Shown: one piece after another, positions 11,908-25,021 of the stretch
Position numbering within the stretch: position 1 is the first letter of the stretch
Layout of the letters: every line of letters begins with the position of its first letter
Origin: Octopus vulgaris
Lineage: Eukaryota
Assembly: GCA_951406725.2 (NCBI GenBank)
Contig: OX597819.1
Span: 88,908,001 to 88,972,000, forward strand
Length of the DNA: 64,000 nt
Direction: 5' to 3'
Program-made: the position numbers and the translations under genes
Notes under the pieces: generated by a model
What the model was told of the DNA's origin: nothing
The model's input: only the letters and a program-made list of their open reading frames with translations
Databases searched by the model: none

Positions 11908-13117
11908 TGGCTATTGAATAATTGTCACATATTATTTTACACACATATATATATATATATATATATATTTCTGTATGATAAAATAAAAGACACAGTAAAA
12001 CATGCTGATGTATTGATGTGTGTGTGTGTGTGTGTGTGTGTTTGTGCATGGCAGATAGGTGGATATGTGGATAGATGGTTAAAGAAAAACAGAAAGTAAA
12101 CATGTGTGTAGGGTGTGATAGGTAGGTGGGTAGAGGTCTTGCTGGCTAGCCGGATGGATAAACTGTGCATGTGTGATAGTGTATGTATAAGAAAGCAGTA
12201 ATATATGTGATATGTGGATAAATGTATGACAAGGGGAGAGAGAGAGAGAGAGTGTGTATATGTGTGTGTGGTGTGAGTAATACATGAATGTATGACATGA
12301 GTGAATAATAATTAATGTGTTTGTATGCATGTGTTTAATAACACGAGTACCTTGCATATAAATGTACCATTGTGCATATGGTATGTGCTTGTGTGTGTGT
12401 ACATGTATATATATATATATATGCACACACACACATTCATGTACTCAGATGTGTGTGTGTGTGTGTGATGGAAATACAACCAATGTCAGAATCAATGTAG
12501 CGCAGAGTGACTAAGTGAAATCTATACTAAGCCTGAACCCACAGCCCCTCCCTCCACAACATGCTCCCCACTCACACGCCCCCCCCCCCCGTGAATTCTA
12601 CCCTCACCTCCACCCCGCCTGCACCCCCAATTCCTTCGCTTACCTATCACGATGTCTCCTCCCCACTCACCAACCCCATCTACCCACAAACACACACACA
12701 CAAACATTGCTCCTCTCCTGTCAATTTAATAATCCATGGTTCTAACAGCTTGCAGCTGTGTTTATTTGTAGTACTTAACCCCACAGAACACTATCCCAAT
12801 CCCCATATTGACCTGTGTAATTTAGGGTGGAGGTGTAGGGGAGCAGAGTTTCGGGTGGGGTGTAGATGGTTCATAATAGTTGATGGGTGTTGACAGTTGT
12901 CTGGGGAAGCAATAACACTGATGACTGTACTAGTGTACTATATATACTGCACCAATAAAACTAAGGTCTCCACCAAATATTTTTGTTTTTTAAAGTTTCC
13001 ATTAAAAAAAAGCTTCCCCCATCCATCTTCCTTTTTTTTGTTTCTCCCCATGTTTTAGGAAATTCCAGGGGTATGAGTGGGGGCTGACAGGTGAATAGGT
13101 GGTTATGAGGGTTGCTA

Positions 13118-13543
13118 AGGAGGAGGAGGAGGAGGAAGAAGGTGATGAAGAAGAAGAAGAAGAAGAAGAAGAAGAAGAAGAAGAGGGAGAAGAAGAAGGT
13201 GAAGAAGAAGAGGGAGAAGTGGAAGAAGAAGAAGAAGAAGAAGAAGAAAAGGAGAAGAAGAAGAAGAAGAAAAGGAGGAGAAGAAGAAGAAGAAGAAGAA
13301 GAAGAAGAAGAAGAAAAAGAAGAAGGAGAAGAAGAAAAAGAAGAAGAGGGAGAAGAAAAAGAAGAAGAGGGAGAAGAAAAAGAAGAAGAGGGAGAAGAAG
13401 AGGGAGAAGAAAAAGAAGAAGAAAAGGGAGAAGAAGAGGAAGAAGAAGAAAAGGGAGGAGAAGAAGAAGAAGAGGGAGAAGAAGAAGAAGAGGGAGAAGA
13501 AGACGAAGAGGGAGAAGAAGAGGGAGAAGAAGAAGAAGAAGAA
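13118..13543 (+). repeat. Long (GAA)n-based polypurine tract
   Basis: About 425 bp almost exclusively G/A, with recurring GAGGGAGAAGAA higher-order units. Confidence 0.95.
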
Positions 13544-16500
13544 ATGTCATCAAGTAGTCTTGATCAGGTGATTTATGATAACTTGCTAAATCTAATCCCA
13601 CCCCAACTTTTTTGTCATTTTTTTTTACTCCTCAAGTGTTTATCCCCCCCACCATCATTCAAGCTGATTTATCGTGGCTGTGCCACTATCTGTAGATGTC
13701 AAGTTTAACTCACTAGTTAAGGGTCCCATTAGCAATCATAACATATCAACAGATCCCTATCAGCTTTGTTTCCTGTACTGCAGTGCATTCATATGGTTGC
13801 AATCACTGTACTCAAGGAGGAACAACATAAGCAGGACCACTAGGAAGATCTCAAAAAAACCTTCCAAAACTGTCTTGTCCAGTGGTCACTTATACAGAAC
13901 CTGAATTATTTATTTATTTACTGATTGATTGATTGATCGATTGATAATGGTCATTGAACTGGATAAAATAGTACATGTTACTTGTTTCTGAAAATTTATG
14001 ACTGGACAGAGGAGAGGGGGGAGAGGGGGGAAGGAGAGACAGAGGGAGAGAGAGAAAGAAGGGGGAAGGTTCATTTTGTTTCTCCCCACCCTTCAGGAAA
14101 TCCCAGGGATATGGAGTGGGGGGTTGACAGGTGAATAGGGGGTTATGAGGGCTGCTAAGGAAGATTTAGAAGATATTTTTCCAGAAAGTGAGAGAGAGAG
14201 AGAGAAAGAGAGAAGGGGAGGGAGGGGGAAATTTAATTTAGAGATATTTTCCAAAGTATTGAAAGTGTTAAGTAATGTTAAGGCAGCGAGCTAGAAGAAT
14301 CATTACCAAAGCCAGACAAAATACTTAGTGGCATTTCTTCCAACTTTGTTCTGAGTTCAAATGTCACTGAGGGAGAGTGGAGGTTTGAACTGGATGGTTT
14401 TGACAGGAATTGGTAAGCCAGAGAACCATTCCAAGCTCCATTGTCTGTTTTGGCATGATTTCTGACTGGATGCTTTTTTTCTAATGCCTACCACTTTACA
14501 GAGAGTACTGAGAACTTTCTTATGTGGCACTAGTGTGGTCACTAAGTGACTTGCAAGACAAGAGGACCCCTTGGCTGGGGGAGGAAGTGGTACTGAGGGT
14601 AGTGGTTTTGTGCTGGTTGAGAGGTTAAAGTATAATGGAGGGATAGTGATAGGCATTTTACTATAGAGGAGGTACTTGGCTGCTCCAGTAGGTAAAGAAA
14701 GAAGAGAGAAAGATAGAGAGACAGAGTGAGAGAAAGAGAAACAAATGGTAATGGAGATGAATTGGGATATACCCTTATACCCAGAAGGTACAACAGAATT
14801 CTCCTAAAGTAAAAAAAACCCACTGAGACTAGATTACTAGTAAAGCAACTGCAAGTGGAAACCCATGCTTGTTTTGCATTTGTTGATCAGGGAAAAGTAT
14901 TGGCAATAAATTGCTCACAATCTCTCTCACTCTCTCTCTCTCTCTCTCAAAGGAAACTGTGTTGATGAATCATAACAAAATCTATAAAAGAGTTGTAAAA
15001 AAAAAAAAGTTCCAGGTTTGGAACCATAGCCTAGAGTAAAAATACTTAAAGATAACTATGACAAAGCTAAATGTGGTAGTCAATAACAAAGTTCAAAATT
15101 CTCATTTCCTTGGCGATGTAGATCTGCTCGATAAGGTTATAGTGAAAACATAGTTGTGATAATAAAAAGGGCAGCAAGGGGTCATGTTCAGGGAGTAGTT
15201 ACCTCTGTTAATTATAAAAGGCGTGTCTCTTATTTCAAAAGACTGTATGAAGCATATGTAAGAACTGTATTGTGACATAGGCAGTAAGATACACACAAAA
15301 CCTCACTGAAGTGCTTTCAAATCAACCCCAACACCTGAGAAATGCAAGCACAGGACTGGCCTGCCTGGTGCAGTTGCACCAACAGTTTTTTTTTTTTTTC
15401 CAGTTCTACCAATCTATTATTAAATGGCATGAGAACATGAGAGCAAGGAAGGCAGCTGAATATTAATGACATCAGCTAAAATATGCTGCAAAATATAGAT
15501 ATAACTACAATAGCATAGATAATTTGGTGATGTACTGTATAGCAAGACCATCCAATTATGTTAACATGAAGGAGTGGGGAGTATTCACATACATTGTGGA
15601 CAATATTACATCCATTTTTCCATAAGTGGGATGGCTTTTGTAAAGCTAAACATTTCTTTACTGCTTGATACAATGGATATTACATACAGTTGGATACCTG
15701 GACTGGAAAACGACAATGAAGCTAATTCATCAGTCCAGTAGACCGAGGTTTGTAAGGGATATATGCCTCAGCACAATAGCTGTAATATAGTTTAAACACA
15801 CAACCAATTCATTCAGTAATCAAACACTTTAACTTCTCAGCCACCAGACTCACTACAATCATTTTATTTATTAAATTTCCAATACACTATTTTTGTATTT
15901 ATGTTTTATGTACATCTACAGCAATCATTTTCAATTACTCTGTACAAAACTTACATTCATATAAAAAAAAATTAATTAATTTCAAATGATTTCCCAATAG
16001 ATTGAGACTTCTTTTTTTCCTTTTTGTTTTTTTTTACGAAGTGTTAAATTCTGATTGAACTCATAAGCTTTATGTCTGAAATATCAAGGTTAGTGTCTTT
16101 ACCCAACATCTATAATAAAGAAGAGATTATTGCACAGCACAAATTTTTATAATAGAGTGAAAGTATATTTTAAATATATAGTCTATGTTATCTTACCAAA
16201 TTGTCAGTAAAGTATAATTTTATCAGTTATCTTTTTATCTAATCATGGACATTTTTTTTAATGTTTCAAGAACTTTCAAATAAACTCATGTCTTTTTACA
16301 ATTATATTATTATATATTTGCTATTTTGGACAAAACAAATGGTTTCTTCTCTTTTCTTTTTCATGGCAAATAATATTTTTCCAATAAGATTTTATTTATT
16401 GAATCAATTTCTATCAAATTTTATGCATAAATATAGCCCCTCCTCTCTCTCACTCCCACACACACACATTTACAAAATAACTATTCATTTGCTTATTACA

Positions 16501-18325
16501 CTACCTGTATACATAAAAACAGGGTGGCTATTTTTCATAAGTTGAAAACATAATTATGTCTATAAGGAACCAATACAATTTTACAACAATATATATATAT
16601 ATATATAAAATGAAAAAAATTATTCAGCTATTAATTATCCACTAATAACTTAGAAAAGTCTTATCCATATGTAAATCAGCAATCTACAAAATAGCATCGC
16701 CATTAATAACATTCTGTTGGAGTAATATAGTGTATTGATTGTAACATTAGTTTATTATAGGACTTTTACAGACATATTTCTGACAAGAAATCATTGCCTA
16801 AGACAGTTTTAGTGCAAGAATATAGTAAAAGACACCGAGTTGGAGCATAAGAGTGGTAGACATAGTAATGTAGATTGTTAGTGAAAACAAATTCAGAAAA
16901 ACTGAAAAATTGCATCAAATACTGTTTCATTGCATTTCGCTTTCAGAAATAAGTATTATTTCCTCTCAATGTCTTGCAGTCTTTTGTCTGCTCTAGAATG
17001 ATCTGCTAATATTTCTAGGCTAAGGGAATTACAATTACTCTATTGTTATAAAGCCTTTTGTTGCTGTCTACGCCTAAATGTTGGCTCAATATAAAATCTA
17101 GATGCATGATTCTGAAAAGCTCACAGCAATCTAAATCTGTAGCAAAAGGTTCATAGAAGCTATTTACTTATTCAGTTTATTTTACAAATTGATCTTCATA
17201 CCTTTGTTTTGGTTATTCGTCGATTCTAACAAAAACTAAATGACTAATACAATACTTCCTATCTTGTGTTTTCAAGATTCAGGAAGTGCTGTTAGTCTGC
17301 AAGTATTGGAAATCTTTGATAATTCAATGATATATATAACAGATTGGCTTCAGCTGAGACATACAAGTCAAAACTTATTCAATAATAAATATTGATGGCT
17401 TTTCTTTTTCTTTTTCTTTTTTTTATAGAATGAATAGCACAATTGTTAATATAACATACAAAATTTGTCTGCATACTTCAATGTACGTGTATTTGTGTTT
17501 GTATGTCTGTGGTAGATATAAATGTACACCTGTGTATAAAATATCATATCAAGCATCCATGAAGAAGTATAAATTGGTGATATTTCCAGTTTAGACATTT
17601 ACAAGTATATTTATAGAAGTTTAGAGTGTAGTATGGTATTCCATCTTGACAAAAACATAATGGTTTTGCTTAACAAAAGCTCTGTTGTATGTTAACATTG
17701 TAGAAGTAAAGATAAGTGGACAAATAGTTTCACAACAGGACTGTCAAACATACTTCCAACAAATTGTTGTTATTTAACCTCAGGTTAACTCCAATACACA
17801 GATTTATGATCAATGACATTCTAGCCATGACCATCACACCATTTTTTATTCAAAGTATATTGAAAACTATTTTATCTAACATGATTTTTTTTTAAGATAG
17901 TAAGGTCCAAGTGTGGCAATGTGGTCAAGAAGTTTAGTTCTCAACCATATGGTCTTGAATTTAATCTGACTGTGTGGTACCCTGGGCAGGTGTCTTGGGC
18001 AACCAAAGCCTTGTGAGTGGATTGAGCAGATAGAAACTGAAAGAAGCCTGTCATATACATGCATGTGCATGTGTGTATATACACACAAGTAACAAGATTC
18101 TTTGCATGTTTGTGTGTGTGTGTGTCCTTATCTTGACATCATGTGATGGTTGTAAACAAGTATACAAAGCAACATGCAAGCGATACTGATCATCTCCAGT
18201 CTTCCATGAAAACCATGTCTGGCCGTGAAGGAATATTACCCTGCTTGGAAACAGGTGAGGATTGGCAATAGGAAGGTCATCTACCTCAACAAATTCTGTC
18301 TGACCCATGGGAAAATGGATGCAAA

Positions 18326-18366
<41 letters not shown>

Positions 18367-21240
18367 AGAGTGTGATCAGAGGGAAATTTAGCTGCTTGTT
18401 CTGTCAGCTCATGTGACTGCATTGAGTTCAACATGTGGTTGGTAAGCAAGCTACTTACCACACAGCCATGCCTGTGCCTATGGAGATATAATTGGTATAC
18501 ATACTTTAGTGAAGGTGTAAACTCTCAAATTTCACCTTATCTGCATAAGTGTTTGTTAAACAAGCTGTTTACTAAATGTCTTGTTAAATGAGCTATTCAC
18601 TACAACTGTATATCTGTTTCGGGATTAAGCTGTTCTGCAACAAAATACAACTACACACTAAAGATCAACATATGTTTTTGGTTTTAAGATTTTTCTGCTT
18701 TGATTAAATATCAATTTAGTATTTCTTATCCTCCCGAATGGAATATATACATACATAGGCTTTGCTGTGTGTTAAGAAGCTTGACTTCCCAACCACATGG
18801 CTTTGGGTTTAATCCCACTATGGACGATCCTACTTGGGCAAGTGTCTTTTGCTATAGCCTTGGAGTGAGTGAGTGGATTTGGTAGAAGGAATCTGAAAGA
18901 AGCCTGTCATGTGTGTGTGTGTATACTATTGAATAGATTGCACAAAGCAATTAAAATTTTAGAATAATCAAAAATTAAATAAATAAGTAAATGAGTGGAA
19001 ATTGAACCAGTGCATGTGTTAATTAATAAGGCATTAAAACAGAATGACTCTCCTCAGACACAACAATATATATCATCAGCTAATCATAAATCTGAAAGAG
19101 AAGCATGATCTAAGTTATGAGAATGATAGAATAAGTACCAGGCTTAAAAAAAAAGTCCTGGGGTCAATTCATTTGACTAAAGATTTTTCATGGACGCAGT
19201 CAAATGATTGAATAAGTAAAAAGTAATATGCATATCTGTATGTATAGAGAGAGAGAGAGAGAGAGAGAAGGAGAGGGAGACATAAGCATGTCTGTGGAGT
19301 TAAGAAATTCGCTTCACAACCACATGGCTTCAGGTTAGTCTCACTGCATGGCATCTTTGGAGTCTTCCACTATAGCCTAGGGCTGACCAAAGCCCTGTGA
19401 GTAGATCTGGTAAATGGAAACTGAAAGAAGCTCATCATGTGTGTGTGCATGTTTTCCTATGATTTGTTTATGCTTTCACAGAACACTGAAAATGAATAAC
19501 GCGACTGGTATGAAGGTAACATTCATTCATAAAGATCATACCATGTCAAGACAAAGAAACACACACATACACACAAAAGGCTTCCATACAGTTTCTATCT
19601 ATCAATTCCACTCAAAGGTGTTGGTCATCCCAAGGCTTTAGTAAAAGACACTTGCCCAAGGTTGCCACACAATGGGATAAGATCAAAAAAACCATGAGAT
19701 TATAAGTCAACTTATGTAGCCATACTAATTTTTCATACCTATTCACAGTATACAATATTGCATAATCTATCTAGAAATTCTTTCCTCGCTATTTTGGCAA
19801 GTACAATAAAATTTATGCATCATTGAAGAAGTCTAATAAAACAAAATATGCCTAGAGGTATCTCTCATATCTGCTAAAATGGTTAAAACAATTAGCCATT
19901 GTTCAAATGTTATTTATTCATCATCATCATCATCATCACTGTCATTTGAAATCTTATTTTCCATGCTGACATGGGTTGGAGAATTGTGACACGAGATGAC
20001 AAGCCAGAGGACTGTACTGAGTTTCACTATCTGCTTTGGTATGGTTTCTACAGCTGGATGTCCTTACCAATGCCAACCAACTTTCCACAGTGTACTGGGT
20101 GCTTTTTTTCAAGACATAGTCGTGAATGAGGTCACCAAGTTACTCACAAAGCAAGGCCCACTCAGCTGAGTATGATATTCTATTAAAGGAGTGAAAGTAC
20201 AATAGAGGGACAGGAAAAGATGTCTTGCTGAAAAGGAGAATACATGGTCCCTCCAACTGGAAAGTGAAAAAGAAAAAGAGATGGTGAGGGTGTACACTCA
20301 AGGTACAAGATGAATGTAAAAGAGAGATTAAGGATAGAGATGATTACTACTTAATTATTACTAATTAGGTCTGTAATTCTCAGTACACTGAAACTTGCCG
20401 ATACTAACTTGACTATTCTTGTGAAGTCTCCTGAGCTCCAATAACTTTTTCTCTCTCTCTCTTTAAGAGCTAGTGTTCTGCTCTGGCTTTGTGACATTAA
20501 ATGGATGAGTATCAATTCTCCAGCCTGGATAGTTTGTTGATTGATCATGGCTAACTTTCAATGTTTAGTTGATTAATATGTACTCAACAGCCTGATTAAC
20601 TGACATAATTTCAATCATTAATTGCTAGCAAGGACACCGTATTTTATTTAACAACCATAATATGCTACCAAGTGTATTAAAGGTCTATAGGTCAATATTG
20701 TTCCTCTTTGTGTTAGCAGTGCAATGTTCCCATTTTTAAGTTTCTATCTACAGCTTTTCTATAGAGTTCAGAGCCAGCACTAAAAGATACAATGTTTTGC
20801 ATATGAATAATTCTATATTCATCTAAACATATTCTATGTAAACAAATATGACTATGAAATATAAATATGTCTAAGTAGTAATTGAAGATATTGTCTATTT
20901 CTACTATTTTTGATCATATTGTTTACATAGATATATTTCTATATGAAACATCATAAATTTCAGTGCTGACTCTGAACTTGATAAACTTTAAAATTTATTA
21001 ATATTTATTTCCTCTCATCCACAGTTGACTAATGCTGTTAGACGATGTACTTTACCTGAACAAAAATAAAAATAGAAATAAAAAAAGAGTGTTCGTGGCT
21101 GCAGTACTGTTGATCAAAGATCCGTTGGGTCAGGGATGACTCAGGACTAAGTGAATGATGTTTCTTGAGCCAACAAAATAGTGGCTACAGCACCACTCAT
21201 GTACTAAACAATATCTTCTTCATAACACACTCCACTACTC

Positions 21241-21468
21241 TTAACCCTTTAGTGTTTAAACCGGCCATATCTGGCCCAGATATTCTACATGTTTTACATT
21301 CAAACAGGCGATATCTAGCCTCTCACACCTAACCTACATTGACATTCTAAAAATAAACAATCGCATCATTGAAACCTCAAAGCTATAAGATAATGTATGA
21401 TTAATTCAAAACAATTTGAGTGAAAAATTATTACATTTAACAGAGTAATCTGAACACTAAAGGGTTAA
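21241..21468. mobile_element. piggyBac-type MITE (TTAA-flanked)
   Basis: TTAA-CCCTTTAGTGTT...AACACTAAAGGG-TTAA. Related copies at 23564-23792, ~37455-37668, ~38940-39160, ~41278-41505 and 62850-63068. Confidence 0.8.
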
Positions 21469-21477
21469 AAAAAGGGA

Positions 21478-22020
21478 AGATGTGTACAAGAGAGAAGACT
21501 GTGCTGGTTTGCTCAGGTAATGTGGATGGATGCCAACAGCGCCATGAAGAAGTGCTGATCTCTCAAAGTAGATGGAACAAGTGGAAGCAGGATACCCAGG
21601 AAGACACAGGATGAAGTAATGAAGAATGACCTCAGGATGCTGAATCTTTCAAGCGAGATGACAAAGGACTGGGATCCTTGGTACTCAAGAAGATCTCTGC
21701 TCTACAGCAGAAGTGTTAAGTCTGCTCTTCTGAATAGAGAGGATTGACTTACAAGAGTCCTGTGCCAGTGCCACATAAAAAGCTCTCATGTTGGTGCAAT
21801 ATAAAAGTGCCCATGCAATGCTACATAAAAGTGCCTGTGAGGTGCCACATAAAAGCATTCATGTGGTGCTATGTAAAAGTACTCATGCAGTGCCATGTGA
21901 AAACACCCAGTACACTCTGTAAAGTGGTTGGCATTAGGAAGAGAATCCAGCTTGCCAACTCTGGTAAAATCATCCAACCCATACTAGCATGGACAACAGA
22001 TGTTAAATGATGATGATGAT
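21478..22020 (+). mobile_element. 5'-truncated RTE-clade LINE (end of RT ORF plus 3' UTR with (GAT)n tail)
   Basis: Translates RCVQERRLCWFAQVMWMD...KKC*SLKVDGTSGSRIPRKTQDEVMKNDLRMLNLSSEMTKDWDPW (cf. RTE RRLRWFGHV...GRGRPRKTW...DR..W). Followed by a 3' UTR ending TGATGATGAT. Confidence 0.85.
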
Positions 22021-23563
22021 ATATAAATGTATATATGTATGTGTGTGTGTGTGTCTTTGCGTCTGTATTTGTCCCCCACCACTGCACGACAATCAGTGTC
22101 TACATCCCCATAACTTAGTGGTTCAACAAATGGTAAAATATTAACTTTAATGACGGCAATGATGATGGTGGTGATGATGATGATGATGAGGAGGAGGAGG
22201 AGGTGGGGGGCAAAAAATATGTGCAGTGGACTTGAACTGAAGTTTTATTTGCTTGTAATCGAAATGATATTATGTCACATTCTCTTATATTCTGCTTCAA
22301 CATCAATAAAATGAGGGTGTCATCTGAATAATATATTATTCCTTATCACCACAAATGTTGGCCTTTTGCTGAAGAAAGTAAAATAATTAATTACATGAAA
22401 TTATTATAATTTAGAGCTTTTTTAAAATTTTTTTTGGTTTTTGTCAAATTTTTAAATGACACCAACATATTGCCATATGTTGACGGAAATATAATGTTAG
22501 AGGTAAGAGTATTGAAAAACTTTATATTCTAGTTCCAGCTAATTTTATGAATTATATTTCACATTTCTTCAATTAATAAACAAGAAGAAAAAGAAAAACC
22601 AAAAAAAAAAACACTTTTCCAATTATTAGAAATGTTTTAATATTGGTATAATATCCAATTAAATAGCTATATTTTTGTTTTGATGAGTGAAGTAGTTAAA
22701 AGTTAACTACCAATATTGGCACATGTTAGTGGGGTAGGTGTGTGTGTGTGTGTGGGGGGGATCATTGGAAAATACTTTGTGGAGGGGTTAGTTGCTGCCC
22801 GTTCACATTCCAAATTTAAATTCTGCAAAGGTCAGCTTTTGGCTTTTATCCTTCTGGGGTTGGTAAAATAAAATACCACAGTTAACTACTGAGGTAAATT
22901 TAAACAACCATACCCTTCCTCTCAAATATAGCTGGCCTTGCGTCAGTGCTAAAAATCAATTTTGACAAGTATTATAGATAGGAAGGTGATACCTGAGAAA
23001 CTACAACACTAGACCTATCATGTCAACTCCCTATTATACCACATAGCAAAGGCTACATTACAATCACTCCAGTTTGTGTGTTTTCTTCTCAAAGCCAGAA
23101 AATTATTGAAACATTTAACAACAGTTGACCTAACACAAAAATGAGTGAGTTTTAGGTATCCTGTAATACTACCCTACATTCACAAGGGGTTGTGTTCCTT
23201 TCGTGTCAACATCCAGGATCACAATAAGTAAAAAAGAAAGTACAAATAAATCACATTTATCTGTCTAATAAACTATTATTCACCAACATTCATAATAACA
23301 TATCTATTGTTCTATCATTACTACAATGGTCTGGTCTGTACTCTTTCAATTAAACTCACCACTTCTATCATCTGATCTTCTACTAATTTAAGAATGTCAC
23401 CAGCTTATTAAATTAGCTGAACTAGAAATATATACGCATATAGTTTTCTAGTAGTATTAATTCTAGGGCTTGTACTCAATATTTGATCCAATATTGTCCA
23501 CCAAGAATTCATCTCTTGTTCTCTCTCTCTCTTCTTCCTTCCAATAACTAACCCTCAGTAAGT

Positions 23564-23792
23564 TTAACCCTTTAGTGTTTGCATTATTCTGCCAAAATTA
23601 ATCCCTTTCTATCCACATTGTTTTGAACTAATCATGCATTATCTTGCAGCTATGAGATTTTGATGAGGTAGCTGTTAATTTTTAAAACGATATTGTAGGG
23701 TTGGTGTGAGAGACCAGATCTGGCCATTTTGAACATAAAACAGGCAGAATACTTTTGGCCGGATATGGCCGGTTTAAATGCTAATGGGTTAA
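23564..23792. mobile_element. piggyBac-type MITE
   Basis: TTAACCCTTTAG...CTAATGGGTTAA; reverse-orientation copy of 21241-21468. Confidence 0.8.
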
Positions 23793-24792
23793 GCTTATCA
23801 GTAACCACACTATTAACCTTATCCAACCCATACCAGCATGAAAAACAGATGTTAAATTATGAGGAGGAGGATAACACAAATTTCGTCAACATCCTGTATA
23901 GCATCAGTTCTTCCACAATAATTTCGAATTCCCCCTTTCCACCCACTCACCAGTAAAAGGCATTAAAATGTGCATTCAAAATAACAGATGTAAATATCAT
24001 GTGATCATATTAACCTTACACAAATGTCACTATTTCCTCATTCCACAAGGCCTGGAAAGGCTATGGGCATTGCCCTGCCCCACAGATTACATTATAAAAC
24101 ATTCTGATTTATAGCTCACTAATTTGTGAGTTAAAATCCTGCCAGCTTACTACAGGGTTGATAAAGATAAGTATCTATTATATGCCGGAGTTCATTTAAT
24201 GACCATCTTGAAAACAGCAGAAATTTTGGGTATTATTGGAAAAAAGTGGTCAACAGACAAGACACGGGACTGTCTGTTGACAACTTTTTCCTGTCTTATA
24301 AGAGTAATAATACCCCATATTTCTGCTATTTCATGGCTGTACTGCATTTGAAATATTACCTTCTTGTCTGTACAATACAACACATGTTTGACACTTCTAA
24401 AAGCAAAATAAAAGTTTGTTTACATATGTTGTTGTTGCAACCTTGTCATTGTTAAGTTAGTGTTTCAAAGAAATTAGCATAACATTTTGTGAGAAGAAAT
24501 TTGGATCACTTTAAACTGGGATTTTGTATCATGAAAGCAGAGACATCAGCTTAGTTAAGGAGAAAAGATGGTCATTAAATGAACTCCAGCATATAATAGG
24601 TACTTATCTTTACTAGAAATTTGAGACATGGCTACAAGCATAGGCAGGGCTCTGTGTGGCTGAGAAACTCACTTTGCAACCAAATGGTTTCAGGTTCAGT
24701 CCTATTGTGTGGCACCTTGGGCAAGTGTATTCTTTTAAGCTCTGGGGGCTAACCAATGCCTTGTGAGTGAATTTGGTAGACAGAAACTGTTT

Positions 24793-25021
24793 GGCAGCGA
24801 GCTGACAGAAACGTTAGCACACGCCAGGTGAAATGCTTAGTGGTATTACGTCTGCAGTTACGTTCTGAGTTCAAATTCCGCTGAGGTCAACTTTGCCTTT
24901 CATCCTTACAAGGTTGATAAAATAAGTACCAGTTACGCACTGGGGTCGATGCAATTGACTTAATCCCTTTGTCTGTCCTTGTTTGTCCCCTCTATGTTTA
25001 GCCCCTTGTAAGCAATAAATA
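24793..25021 (+). mobile_element. SINE family B inserted into a family A SINE (~24640-25275)
   Basis: GGCAGCGAGCTG head, B-box GAGTTCAAATTC, central GAGGTCAACTTTGCCTTTCATCC...AAGTACC (Deu/Nin-like domain). TSD AGAAACTGTTT(GG) at 24782 and 25022. Confidence 0.85.

Noticed and set aside
13002-13708. Long ORFs (199, 152 and 198 aa; poly-E/K/R/L)
   Set aside because: Simple translations of the GAA purine tract, open in several frames because the tract lacks stop codons.
15476-15673. 65-aa minus-strand hydrophobic ORF
   Set aside because: No ATG start and no recognisable domain; hydrophobicity is expected from AT-rich DNA.
21763-21912. CRISPR-like periodicity
   Set aside because: Contiguous diverged 24-bp tandem units without unique spacers, in a eukaryotic LINE 3' UTR with no cas genes.
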